Source: Candidatus Aquilonibacter sp.
GTDB lineage: Bacteria > Verrucomicrobiota > Verrucomicrobiia > Limisphaerales > UBA11358
Reading direction: 5' to 3'
Length of the DNA: 64,000 nucleotides
Assembly (NCBI GenBank): GCA_035504945.1
Contig: DATJRH010000032.1
Coordinates: 91,839-155,838 of the forward strand
Positions 28,983-38,037 of the stretch are shown piece by piece. Each line of letters begins with the position of its first letter. Positions within the stretch are counted from its first letter, which is position 1. The position numbers were made by a program, and so were the translations under genes. The notes beneath the pieces were generated by a model that was given only the letters and a program-made list of their open reading frames with translations, ran no database searches and was not told the DNA's origin.

Positions 28983-29660
28983 ATGACACGACGTTTTTTA
29001 GTTTTGACGGCAATCTTTCTGGCGGCGCAATTTTCCGCGCGGGCGGACGATTTGACCCAATCGTCCATCGTGGACAACAACGTGGCCTATTTGCGCGTCG
29101 GCGACGTGGGAACAAATCTGCCGGAGGAAATCCAGTCGGCGCAAGGCGCCCCGGCCACGAACATAATCGCCGGAACAATTCTGGATTTGCGTTTTGCGGG
29201 CGGCGACGATTTAGATTCGGCCAGGGCGGCGGAAAAGCTGCTTGCGCAAACGAATCTGCCGCTGGCGATTCTGGTCAACGACGAAACGAGCGGCGCGGCG
29301 ATTGAACTGGCCAAGGATTTGCGCGCGGCCAAAGCGGGATTGATTTTCGGCGATTCAACGGAAGTTGAGCCGGACATTCCGGTTTCCGTAAGCGCGACGA
29401 ACGAGAAAATTTTCATGAAAAATCCCTACGGCATGATTTCCACGAATGAAAACGATTTGGCTTCCGTGACCAACGATTTTCTTCCATTTGTGGATCACAC
29501 GACCGAAGCGGACCTGGTGCAAGCCAAGGCCAAGGATGGTGATGAAAATTTCACGCCGCCCCCGGCCGGGCCGCAAAAGCCGTTCATCCGCGACCCGGTG
29601 CTGGCGCGCGGCGTGGATTTTATCAGGGGGCTGGCGGCTTTGCATTTGTCACATTCCTGA
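28983..29660 (+). CDS. Secreted hypothetical protein with a weak S41 (tail-specific) peptidase-like core
   Basis: Signal peptide MTRRFLVLTAIFLAAQFSARA. LDLRFAGGDD and ILVNDETSGAAIELA resemble S41 motifs. The functional call is tentative. Confidence 0.45.
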   Translation: MTRRFLVLTAIFLAAQFSARADDLTQSSIVDNNVAYLRVGDVGTNLPEEIQSAQGAPATNIIAGTILDLRFAGGDDLDSARAAEKLLAQTNLPLAILVNDETSGAAIELAKDLRAAKAGLIFGDSTEVEPDIPVSVSATNEKIFMKNPYGMISTNENDLASVTNDFLPFVDHTTEADLVQAKAKDGDENFTPPPAGPQKPFIRDPVLARGVDFIRGLAALHLSHS

Positions 29661-29711
29661 TTTCAAGTTGACGATTGCCCGCCGGCAATTCACCTTGAAT
29701 CCTTACGCGGA

Positions 29712-31883
29712 ATGAAAACCATTTTGTTCATTTGCACCGGCAATGTCTGCCGCAGCCCGATGGCCGAGGCGCTGTTCCGCCAGGCCACGGACGGGCGCGG
29801 CGAATTCCGGGTGCTGTCGGCGGGCCTCGGCGCGGTGGACGGCCAGCCGCCAACGCCGCATTCGGTCGCGGCGATGCGGGAGCTGGGCGTTGACATTTCC
29901 GGACAGCGCAGCCGCGCGCTGACGGCGGATTTGCTGCGGCAGGCGGATTATATTTTTGGCATGACGCACGCGCACGTGGACACGATTGCCCTGCTGTATC
30001 CGGCGGCGGAAGAAAAGACGTTTTTGCTGCGCGAATTTGACGGCTCGGCCGAGCCGTTTGAACGGGACATCGCCGATCCGATTGGCAGTCCGTATGAAAT
30101 TTACGTCCATTGCCGCGACCAAATCGCGCAGGGCGTCGCGTCGCTTGTAAAATTTATGGAACAACATGAAATTCTCACGCCCTCCGGGGCAAAAACAAAT
30201 TCCTTCGTCAATTTCGCCGTCGGCGCGGACCACGGCGGATTTGACTTGAAGGAAATTCTCAAAAAGCACCTGCTCACACGCGGCCTGACCGTGAAGGATT
30301 TCGGCGCGACGGCCAAGGATCCGGCGGATGATTATCCCGATTTTGCGCAGCCCGTCGCGCAGACGGTCGCGGACGGAGAGGCGGAATTTGGCCTGCTCGT
30401 CTGCACCAGCGGCGTGGGCATTTACATCGCCGCTAATAAAATTCCCGGCGCGCGCGCGGGACAGGCGTTTCACGAAAAAGACGCGACGCTCATGCGCCAG
30501 CACAACGACGTGAACGTGCTTTGTCTGGCCGGTGACACCGAGCCGGAACTGGCGAAAAAAATTCTCGACGCCTATCTCGCCGCGAAATTCGAGGGCGGAC
30601 GCCATGAACGCCGCGTCAACAAGCTGGATTTCCGCCTCGCGCCGCTGCAATTGCGTTTGCGCAACGTGGACCCGCAGGTCGCCGCGGCCATTGACCACGA
30701 GAAATTGCGCCAGCAGGAAAACATCGAGCTGATCGCCAGCGAAAATTTTGTTTCACCGGCCGTTTTGGAGGCGCAAGGCTCGCCGCTCACGAACAAATAC
30801 GCCGAGGGCTATCCAAAAAAACGCTGGTATGGCGGCTGCGAAAACATTGACACGGTGGAGCAACTGGCGATTGACCGCGCGAAACAAATTTTCGGCGCGG
30901 AACACGCGAACGTCCAGCCGCACTCCGGCAGCCAGGCAAACATGGCGGTTTATTTCGCCGTGCTCAAACCCGGCGACCGGATGCTTACGATGGATTTGTC
31001 GCACGGCGGCCATTTGACGCACGGGAACAAGGCGAATTTCAGCGGCAAATTTTTTGAAATCATCCACTACGGCGTCCGCAAGGATGACGAGCGGATTGAT
31101 TACGACCAGCTCGCGGCGATGGCGCGCGAGCACAAACCGAAAATGATCACCGTCGGCGCCAGCGCGTATCCGCGCGTGATTGATTTCCAGCGCATGGGCG
31201 AAATCGCGCGCGAAGTCGGCGCGTATCTGCTGGCGGACATCGCGCATATTGCCGGGCTGGTCGCAACGGGGTTGCATCCGAGTCCGATTCAGCACGCGGA
31301 TTTTGTCACGACGACCACGCACAAAACGTTGCGCGGCCCGCGGGGTGGATTGATTTTGTGCCGCGAAAAATTTGCGAAGGAAATTGACTCGCAGGTTTTT
31401 CCCGGAATCCAGGGCGGTCCGCTGGAACACGTCATCGCGGCCAAGGCGGTTTGTTTCCACGAAGCGTTGCAGCCGGAGTTCAAAAATTACCAGCAGCAAA
31501 TCGTGAAAAACGCCGCCGCGCTCGCCGACGGCATGACGCGCAACGGCTACCGGCTGGTGAGCGGCGGCACGGACAATCATTTGATGCTCGTGGACGTCGG
31601 CACAAAAAATTTGACGGGCAAGGATTGCCAGATTGCGCTGGACGAAGCCGGCATCACCGTGAACAAAAACACGATTCCATTTGAAACGCGCTCGCCGTTT
31701 CAGGCCAGCGGCATCCGCCTCGGCTCGCCGGCGGTCACGACGCGCGGGATGAAGGAAACGGAAATGGCCGCGATTGCCGACATGATTTCCGAAGTGTTGA
31801 TGGACATTAAGTCGCTTGACAAGGCGGCCAAAGTGCGCCAACGTGTGCGTGAGTTGACTGCGAAATTTCCCTTGCCGTATTGA
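29712..31883 (+). CDS. glyA: Tri-domain fusion: LMW protein (Tyr/Arg) phosphatase + ribose-5-phosphate isomerase B + serine hydroxymethyltransferase
   Basis: A single 723-aa frame. About aa 1-160 carry the [13 protein letters not shown]-loop and DP. About aa 166-310 carry [10 protein letters not shown] and [15 protein letters not shown] (RpiB). About aa 315-723 look like a full SHMT ([41 protein letters not shown]). Confidence 0.85.
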   Translation: MKTILFICTGNVCRSPMAEALFRQATDGRGEFRVLSAGLGAVDGQPPTPHSVAAMRELGVDISGQRSRALTADLLRQADYIFGMTHAHVDTIALLYPAAEEKTFLLREFDGSAEPFERDIADPIGSPYEIYVHCRDQIAQGVASLVKFMEQHEILTPSGAKTNSFVNFAVGADHGGFDLKEILKKHLLTRGLTVKDFGATAKDPADDYPDFAQPVAQTVADGEAEFGLLVCTSGVGIYIAANKIPGARAGQAFHEKDATLMRQHNDVNVLCLAGDTEPELAKKILDAYLAAKFEGGRHERRVNKLDFRLAPLQLRLRNVDPQVAAAIDHEKLRQQENIELIASENFVSPAVLEAQGSPLTNKYAEGYPKKRWYGGCENIDTVEQLAIDRAKQIFGAEHANVQPHSGSQANMAVYFAVLKPGDRMLTMDLSHGGHLTHGNKANFSGKFFEIIHYGVRKDDERIDYDQLAAMAREHKPKMITVGASAYPRVIDFQRMGEIAREVGAYLLADIAHIAGLVATGLHPSPIQHADFVTTTTHKTLRGPRGGLILCREKFAKEIDSQVFPGIQGGPLEHVIAAKAVCFHEALQPEFKNYQQQIVKNAAALADGMTRNGYRLVSGGTDNHLMLVDVGTKNLTGKDCQIALDEAGITVNKNTIPFETRSPFQASGIRLGSPAVTTRGMKETEMAAIADMISEVLMDIKSLDKAAKVRQRVRELTAKFPLPY

Positions 31884-32015
31884 GGACACACGCTCAATCG
31901 CCAAGTTAACGACAAATCCATTTTTGAACTTTTCCGGTCGCCCGCCGTCGAATGTCCGACAGCTCGTACCGAACACGCGGCGGAAATCCAGCCAGCTCGC
32001 ACAATTTATTTTATT

Positions 32016-33515
32016 ATGCCACGAGTCTCCACCAAAAAGCCCCGCGCCAAAGCCGCTGCCACACAGGCAGCGGTGGAAGCGCCGGAATTGAAAAATGACG
32101 CGCCGCCGGAGGCCGTTTCCGAAGCGCCGCCCGCGCCGGAACCGGAATTACAGCCGCCGTCCCAGCCCATCGAACCCACGGACGAGGCTGGCGCAAAACT
32201 GGAGCAGGCCGGGGAACGGGAGGAGCGCCGCGGCTATCAACGCGACAAAATTGCCGCGTCGTTGAACATCGCCAAGCTGCAGGCGATGAACATGACCGAG
32301 TTGAACGGCATGGCCAAGGAACTCGGCGTGGAAAATTTCGGCACGATGCGCAAGCACGAGGTCATCTTTCACGTTCTCCAAAAAAACGCCGAGCGCGCGG
32401 GCGTTTTGTTTTCAGAAGGCGTGCTGGAAATTCTGCCGGAAGGCTTCGGGTTTTTGCGCTCGCAGAGTTTCAATTATCTGCCGTGCCCGGAGGACATTTA
32501 CATTTCGCCGTCGCAAATCCGCCGGTTTGATTTGCAAACGGGCAATTTGATCGCCGGGCAAATCCGTCCGCCGAAGGAAAAGGAAAAATTTTTCGCGTTG
32601 CTGAAGGTCGAGGCCGTGGACGGCGAAGACCCGGACAAGGCGAAGGAAAAAACGCACTTCGACAATCTCACGCCGCTGTTTCCGAACAAACGGTTCATTT
32701 TGGAAACCGCGGCGGATGAATTGAGCACGCGCGTTCTGGATCTGGTTTGCCCCATTGGCAAGGGCACGCGCGGATTGATTGTCGCGCCGCCGCGCACGGG
32801 CAAGACGGTGTTGATGCAGAAAGTCGCCAACGCAATTTTGAAAAACAATCCCGAGGCGTATTTGTTCATCCTGCTGATTGACGAGCGGCCGGAGGAAGTC
32901 ACGGACATGGAACGCTCCTGCCGCGGCGCGGAAGTGATTTCATCCACGTTCGACGAGCCGCCGGAGCGCCACGTGCAGGTGGCCGAAATGGTCATCGAAA
33001 AAGCGCGCCGCATGGTCGAGCACAAACGCGACGTGGTGATTTTGCTCGATTCGATCACGCGGCTCGCGCGCGCCTACAACACGATTCAGCCGCACTCCGG
33101 CAAAATTCTTTCCGGCGGCGTGGACGCAAACGCGTTGCACAAGCCGAAACGATTTTTCGGCGCGGCGCGCAACGTCGAGGAAGGCGGCTCGCTGACCATC
33201 ATGGCGACGGCGCTGGTGGACACCGGCTCGCGCATGGACGAAGTAATTTTTGAAGAGTTCAAAGGCACGGGCAACATGGAAGTGCATCTGGACCGCGCGC
33301 TGGTGGATCGCCGGATTTTTCCGAGCATCAACGTCGAACGTTCCGGCACGCGCAAGGAGGAATTGCTTTATCATCCCGACGAATTGAACCGGATTGTCCT
33401 GCTGCGCCGCGCGCTAACCGGCGTCCCGCCCGTCGAAGCAATGGACTTGCTTTTGGGCAAGCTCAAAAAAACCAAGAGCAACATTGAGTTTCTGCTCGGC
33501 ATGAGCGTGAGTTAA
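32016..33515 (+). CDS. rho: Transcription termination factor Rho with an ~80-aa acidic/Pro-rich N-terminal extension
   Basis: Rho_N/CSD and ATPase motifs are present ([43 protein letters not shown]). Confidence 0.9.
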   Translation: MPRVSTKKPRAKAAATQAAVEAPELKNDAPPEAVSEAPPAPEPELQPPSQPIEPTDEAGAKLEQAGEREERRGYQRDKIAASLNIAKLQAMNMTELNGMAKELGVENFGTMRKHEVIFHVLQKNAERAGVLFSEGVLEILPEGFGFLRSQSFNYLPCPEDIYISPSQIRRFDLQTGNLIAGQIRPPKEKEKFFALLKVEAVDGEDPDKAKEKTHFDNLTPLFPNKRFILETAADELSTRVLDLVCPIGKGTRGLIVAPPRTGKTVLMQKVANAILKNNPEAYLFILLIDERPEEVTDMERSCRGAEVISSTFDEPPERHVQVAEMVIEKARRMVEHKRDVVILLDSITRLARAYNTIQPHSGKILSGGVDANALHKPKRFFGAARNVEEGGSLTIMATALVDTGSRMDEVIFEEFKGTGNMEVHLDRALVDRRIFPSINVERSGTRKEELLYHPDELNRIVLLRRALTGVPPVEAMDLLLGKLKKTKSNIEFLLGMSVS

Positions 33516-33541
33516 GCTGCCGCCTCCCGCGGCGTTCGAAT

Positions 33542-33577
33542 GGCGCGTTCCAAAGCCGGAACGCGCCGTTTCGTTTT
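33542..33577 (+). terminator. Intrinsic terminator after rho
   Basis: GGCGCGTTCC-aaagcc-GGAACGCGCC (10-bp GC-rich stem) followed by GTTTCGTTTT. Confidence 0.75.
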
Positions 33578-33621
33578 CAGCCGCGTTCCCCTAAATTTCA
33601 ACTTCAGCCCAGATTTCCAAT

Positions 33622-33649
33622 AAAAACAGCCCCCAAACGCTGTTTTTTT
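33622..33649 (+). terminator. Second, weaker hairpin + T-tract
   Basis: AAACAGC-N8-GCTGTTT followed by TTTT, about 45 nt after the first terminator. Confidence 0.45.
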
Positions 33650-33785
33650 GATTACCGCCTTTTGCCGCACAAGAGCAAAAAAAGTAAAGCGATTGGCAAC
33701 TGATGGGGAGAACCGTTTTGGGCAAAAGTTTAGGGTAGGTCACAAAATGAAACTCCGACGCGGGCCATTTTTAAAAGACGGCGGC

Positions 33786-34877
33786 ATGAAATTATTTGTC
33801 GCCGGCCTGAGTTACAAGAGCGCGCCAGTCGAAGTGCGTGAACAACTCGCCGTCCACCGCTCGCGGCTGCCTTGTTGCGGCTGCCGGTTGAAACTGCGCG
33901 GTAATCTTTCCGAACTGGTGTTGTTGTCCACCTGCAATCGCGTGGAAATTTACGGCGTCACGCCGGGGATGAATGGAAACGCGGGCGAACTTTTCCGGCA
34001 ATTGGCCGGCAACGATTTTGATTTTTCCCCGCATCTCTATGTCAAAGAAGACGCGGAAGCGGTGGGCCATTTGTTTTCGGTGGCCAGCGGGTTGGATTCG
34101 ATGGTGCTGGGCGAAACGGAAATCACCGGCCAGGTCAAACATGCCTATCTCGCGGCGCAGGAAGCCGGCCTGACGGGGAAAATTCTCAATCGAGTTTTTC
34201 AGACGGCGCTGCAAGTCGCCAAGGAAATTCGGACGCATACCGCCATTGGTCGCGGCGCCACTTCCGTGGGTAGCGTGGCGGTGGAACTGGCTGAAAAGAT
34301 TTTTGACCGCGACTTGAGCGAAAAAGTCGTGATGATCATCGGCGCGGGCAAAATGGGCGAAGCCTGCGTCCGCCATCTGGCCAAGCGCGGAGCGCGGACG
34401 GTGCTGGTGTCCAACCGCTCCTTTGATCGCGCGCAGAATCTCGCGACGGAATTCGGCGGTCGCGCCGTTCATTTCGACGATTGCCGCCAGGCACTCGCGG
34501 CGGCGGACATTGTGGTGAGTTCGACCGGATCACCGAACGTCGTTCTGCATCGCGACGATGTCGCTTCCATTCTTTCCCAGCGGCGCAACCGCCCGCTGTT
34601 TCTCGTGGACATCGCCGTGCCGCGGGACATTGACCCGGCGGTGCAGGAACTGGCCAACGTATTTCTCTACGACATTGACGATTTGGAAGCCATCGTGCGC
34701 GAAAACACCCGCTGCCGCGAACAGGAATTGGTGCAATGCCGGGAAATCATTTCCACGCGGACGGCGGCGGTCATGGCCAAAGTCAAACCAGCCCCTGAAA
34801 AAATTCGCGGCGCGGACCTTTTCGTCCCGTCCGGCTGGTCGCCGGGCCATCTCGATTTTCAACTCCAAGCCGCCTGA
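33786..34877 (+). CDS. hemA: Glutamyl-tRNA reductase
   Basis: MKLFVAGLSYKSAPVEVRE, the catalytic STCNRVEIY, GETEITGQVK and IIGAGKMGE are present. The ATG is at 33786 (the track ORF starts at a TTG at 33648). At 363 aa it is somewhat short at the C-terminus. Confidence 0.85.
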   Translation: MKLFVAGLSYKSAPVEVREQLAVHRSRLPCCGCRLKLRGNLSELVLLSTCNRVEIYGVTPGMNGNAGELFRQLAGNDFDFSPHLYVKEDAEAVGHLFSVASGLDSMVLGETEITGQVKHAYLAAQEAGLTGKILNRVFQTALQVAKEIRTHTAIGRGATSVGSVAVELAEKIFDRDLSEKVVMIIGAGKMGEACVRHLAKRGARTVLVSNRSFDRAQNLATEFGGRAVHFDDCRQALAAADIVVSSTGSPNVVLHRDDVASILSQRRNRPLFLVDIAVPRDIDPAVQELANVFLYDIDDLEAIVRENTRCREQELVQCREIISTRTAAVMAKVKPAPEKIRGADLFVPSGWSPGHLDFQLQAA

Positions 34878-34905
34878 CACGAAACTCCCAACATCAAATC
34901 AACCT

Positions 34906-37164
34906 ATGAAATCCTCAATGAAACTAAAATTGCTCCGCCTTCTGGCCGTTGCCGCGCTCGCCGCGGGAGCTTGTCTCACCACCGCATCAGCGGCATCTTT
35001 TTCGTGCCAGTTGATCGCCCGTCCACTCACGCCGGGCGACATTGCCGCATATGGACTGCCGTCAGGCACGGAAGTTTCCGGTGGCTTGACTACGGTGGGC
35101 GTCGGCCAGCCGGTCTATCTCGAGGCCGACGTGCCTCTTACGGCAACGAATATCTTGGGGGTCACCTGGACTTTGGCCCACCGGCCCATTTTATCGTCGG
35201 CATCGCTGCAAACCAGCCCGCTGGGCGCAAATGTTCCCGTTTATGAACCGTCCGACGAATTGGTATATCAAGTAGGCAGCCGGATGCTGTTGCGTCCGGA
35301 CGTTTCGGGCTATACCACCAACGATCAATATGTAGTGACGGCCACGATTACCACGACAACCCTGACCACGAACTTGACGATTGTCATCACCGCCGGGAAT
35401 TATTTGGGGGTAGGCTTGTTGCCGAACACTTATGGTTGTGCGCTCTGCCATAGCGGCGGCCAAAACCAGGTGGCGCCGGACATGGTGGATCCCTGGTCCG
35501 TCACCGCACACGCCAACTCCTTTGCTCTGGGAATTGACGGTCAGCGTACCGCTCATTTCGGCGTGAGTTGCCTGCCTTGCCACACCGTCGGCTACGACAC
35601 CAATGCCAGCGCGCTCAATAACGGCGGATTTTACGGACTTTCCCAGGCGCTGGGATGGGTGTTCCCCACGAACCTTTCCAACACCAATCTGGCCGCCGGC
35701 AATTGGGCCGGTATGGAAACCAATTATCCCAGCCTGGCGAACGTGGCCAACATTCAATGTGAAAATTGCCACGGCGCGGGCAGCCAACATGCTTCCAGTC
35801 TTGGCGATACCAACTTCATTACCGTGAGTTACAATTCCGGCGTTTGCGCCCAGTGCCATGACGACCCTCCTACCGAAGCTTACGTTACGGAATGGGATAA
35901 GTCCGTCCATGCCGTAGCCACCACGGTTCCGGCGGGCAAATCTACTTGCGTCGGCTGCCATACCGCCCCGGGCTTCATTGGCCGCATGTTGGGGTGGAGT
36001 TACACCAATACCACTTACGTGGCCATTGATTGCCAGACCTGCCACGATCCGCATGGGCAGACCAATCCCACCAACAACGTGTATTTGCTTCGCGCGTTGA
36101 CCTCTGTCACGCTCATGGACGGCACTGTCGTTACCAACGCCGGCTTGGGCCTTTTGTGCATGCAATGCCATCAGGCGCGCTCGCAGGCGTCTACCTACGC
36201 CAGCACCCGTACGGCTCCGATGGCCCCACAGGCGGATATGCTGGAAGGCGCCAACGGCTTTACCTACGGCCTGACCATCCCCAGCTCGGCCCACGCTACT
36301 GCAGTGACCAACACCTGTATCACCTGCCATATGCAAGTGCTGGCTTCCACCGACCCGGCGTACCTCTCGGCTGGCGACCATACCTTCAGCGTTACTTGGG
36401 CCGGCAACAGCAACTACCCCACCGGAGAGGACTTGGTTGGCGCGTGCGAACAATGCCACGGAACGATGACGTCGTTTAACTTCCCGGTCGAGGACTTTGA
36501 CGGCAGCGGCGTTACCCAGGGCGTGCAAACGCAGGTGCAAAGCCTCTTGAATGAATTGGCGATGTTGCTGCCCGGCGGTATCACTAATGTGGAAAACAAT
36601 TCCATTAGTCCCACAGCAAGCTGGACCGTGCCGCAATTGGAAGCCGCCTACAATTACCTTTTCGTCCAAGACGATGGCAGCCTAGGCGTTCACAACACTG
36701 CCTATGCTGTCGGCCTGCTCCAGGCTTCCATCGCCAATCTGACCGGCGTGTCCGTGCCGGGCGGTTTGCCGGATGCCTGGGTCATCCAATATTTCGGTTC
36801 CATCACTAATCCAGCCGCCGCGCCCAACGCCATCAACAACACCAACGGCATTCCCAATTGGATGATGTATGCCTTGGGCCTTAATCCAACTCAGTCGGGC
36901 ATCACGGTGGCCAACGGCGTCATTTACGATGACGTAACGGCGCTGGGCGACCCAAACGTCGTCCACATCTACACCGCCGCCGAAGTGGTCTTCGACACGC
37001 AACCGGGCTTGTATTATCAAATCCAAGCCATCGGTTCGTTGAGTGGTGGCTGGCAGAACGTCGGTAATCCAATTCTGGGCACGGGTGGTTCCTTATCCTA
37101 TCTGACGTCCACGCGGAACAATGTCCAACAATTCTACCGCGTCGTCACGACGACTTCGCCGTAG
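34906..37164 (+). CDS. Secreted nonaheme c-type cytochrome (CytA) with non-heme N- and C-terminal domains; predicted cell-surface
   Basis: Signal peptide MKSSMKLKLLRLLAVAALAAGAC. Nine CXXCH motifs (CALCH, CLPCH, CENCH, CAQCH, CVGCH, CQTCH, CMQCH, CITCH, CEQCH). DGSLGVHN is near the heme-domain end. The C-terminal module ends QQFYRV. The ATG at 34906 lies 28 nt after hemA. Confidence 0.85.
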   Translation: MKSSMKLKLLRLLAVAALAAGACLTTASAASFSCQLIARPLTPGDIAAYGLPSGTEVSGGLTTVGVGQPVYLEADVPLTATNILGVTWTLAHRPILSSASLQTSPLGANVPVYEPSDELVYQVGSRMLLRPDVSGYTTNDQYVVTATITTTTLTTNLTIVITAGNYLGVGLLPNTYGCALCHSGGQNQVAPDMVDPWSVTAHANSFALGIDGQRTAHFGVSCLPCHTVGYDTNASALNNGGFYGLSQALGWVFPTNLSNTNLAAGNWAGMETNYPSLANVANIQCENCHGAGSQHASSLGDTNFITVSYNSGVCAQCHDDPPTEAYVTEWDKSVHAVATTVPAGKSTCVGCHTAPGFIGRMLGWSYTNTTYVAIDCQTCHDPHGQTNPTNNVYLLRALTSVTLMDGTVVTNAGLGLLCMQCHQARSQASTYASTRTAPMAPQADMLEGANGFTYGLTIPSSAHATAVTNTCITCHMQVLASTDPAYLSAGDHTFSVTWAGNSNYPTGEDLVGACEQCHGTMTSFNFPVEDFDGSGVTQGVQTQVQSLLNELAMLLPGGITNVENNSISPTASWTVPQLEAAYNYLFVQDDGSLGVHNTAYAVGLLQASIANLTGVSVPGGLPDAWVIQYFGSITNPAAAPNAINNTNGIPNWMMYALGLNPTQSGITVANGVIYDDVTALGDPNVVHIYTAAEVVFDTQPGLYYQIQAIGSLSGGWQNVGNPILGTGGSLSYLTSTRNNVQQFYRVVTTTSP

Positions 37165-37187
37165 TTTGAGTTGAGATTGGCAGGTTA

Positions 37188-37220
37188 AACCTCCCTGTGA
37201 AAGCGGGGAGGTTTTTTATT
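37188..37220. terminator. Bidirectional intrinsic terminator between convergent cytA and the 37257..37838 gene
   Basis: AACCTCCC-N10-GGGAGGTT followed by TTTTATT. On the opposite strand the stem is preceded by AAA-rich sequence. Confidence 0.7.
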
Positions 37221-37256
37221 GCACATGAAAGATGTCGCGAACGCGAGCCGGCGGCT

Positions 37257-37838
37257 TTATTCCGCGCTTTTCATTTGCTTCAAGGCGGCGATTTCGGTCT
37301 GTAGGTTTCCGCCGATTTGTTCGAGCTTTTGCGTCTCGTCCGCCTGCACTTGTTCCAAGTGTTTTGCCGCCGCCTGCTGGTCAGCCGCCGATCCGCCGGC
37401 TTTCGCCGCCCCCAACTCGTCTTCCGCCTTGGTGATTTCGCTCTGCATTTCCTTCGTCGCGGCGGTAAATTTTTCCAGCGTTGCCTCCCGCAGAATCTGC
37501 GTTCCTTGCTCCAGCGAAAGCGAGGCATAATTGGGCAGCGCCTGTTTGACTTCGGCAATCGCCGCCGGAGTCGTGGGCAAGGAGGGTTCCACGAACGGCG
37601 GTGGCGGTGAATTCGGGCCGGATGCCGATGCGGTGGCTTGCGAGGCAGACGACTCTGAATTCGCTTCGACACTTGGATTCGTCATATTGTGTTTCGCCGC
37701 CAGGTGAAACCAGGTCGCCGTGGCCGCGACGCCCAGAAAAAATGAAATCAGCGCAAGCAGGAAAACTCGGGCGGAAGCCCGCTCGTGCGCCTGCGGTTTC
37801 TGCGCAAAGCCAACCGTATTTGTCCATGCCAGTTTCAT
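37257..37838 (-). CDS. Single-pass membrane protein with a Pro/Ser linker and a C-terminal coiled-coil; unknown function
   Basis: 193 aa with an ATG start, one TM helix (VFLLALISFFLGVAATATWF), and a Q/A/E/K-rich helical tail. Confidence 0.5.
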   Translation of the reverse strand: MKLAWTNTVGFAQKPQAHERASARVFLLALISFFLGVAATATWFHLAAKHNMTNPSVEANSESSASQATASASGPNSPPPPFVEPSLPTTPAAIAEVKQALPNYASLSLEQGTQILREATLEKFTAATKEMQSEITKAEDELGAAKAGGSAADQQAAAKHLEQVQADETQKLEQIGGNLQTEIAALKQMKSAE

Positions 37839-38037
37839 CGTTTAATTCCTTTCATTTAATCCGACGGCTTTAGCGTAGCCGCCTTTATCGAGGCGCGCGA
37901 GAAAAAATAAAGGCCTCCGCTGCTTTGCAAAACCTCGGGGGCAGGCGGTTCTTGCTGAAATAAAAGCAAATGACGGTTAGCAAACGGCAATAAACGCGAA
38001 GACCCAAATTCGCCGTCATGTCAAGATGTTGTAACGC

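Noticed and set aside
32016-32260. Acidic/Pro-rich ~80-aa N-terminal extension of Rho
   Set aside because: N-terminal insertions or extensions of Rho are common in several phyla, so this is recorded in the feature call only.
34558-34905. N-terminal extensions of track ORFs (34558 for cytA, 16361 for argD, 18199 for argF, 25623 for cdaA, 40487 for barrel D, 20268 for epsI, 33648 for hemA)
   Set aside because: Each extension overlaps the preceding gene or starts at a TTG or GTG. An internal ATG immediately after the upstream stop gives a normal N-terminus or signal peptide.
35191-36669. 492-aa minus-strand ORF inside cytA, plus the similar ORFs 38332..39120, 40835..42235, 43749..44636 and 49145..50422
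   Set aside because: All are antisense to genes with strong sense-strand evidence (CXXCH arrays, barrel paralogy, ResB). None has a signal peptide, a motif or a paralog relationship of its own.
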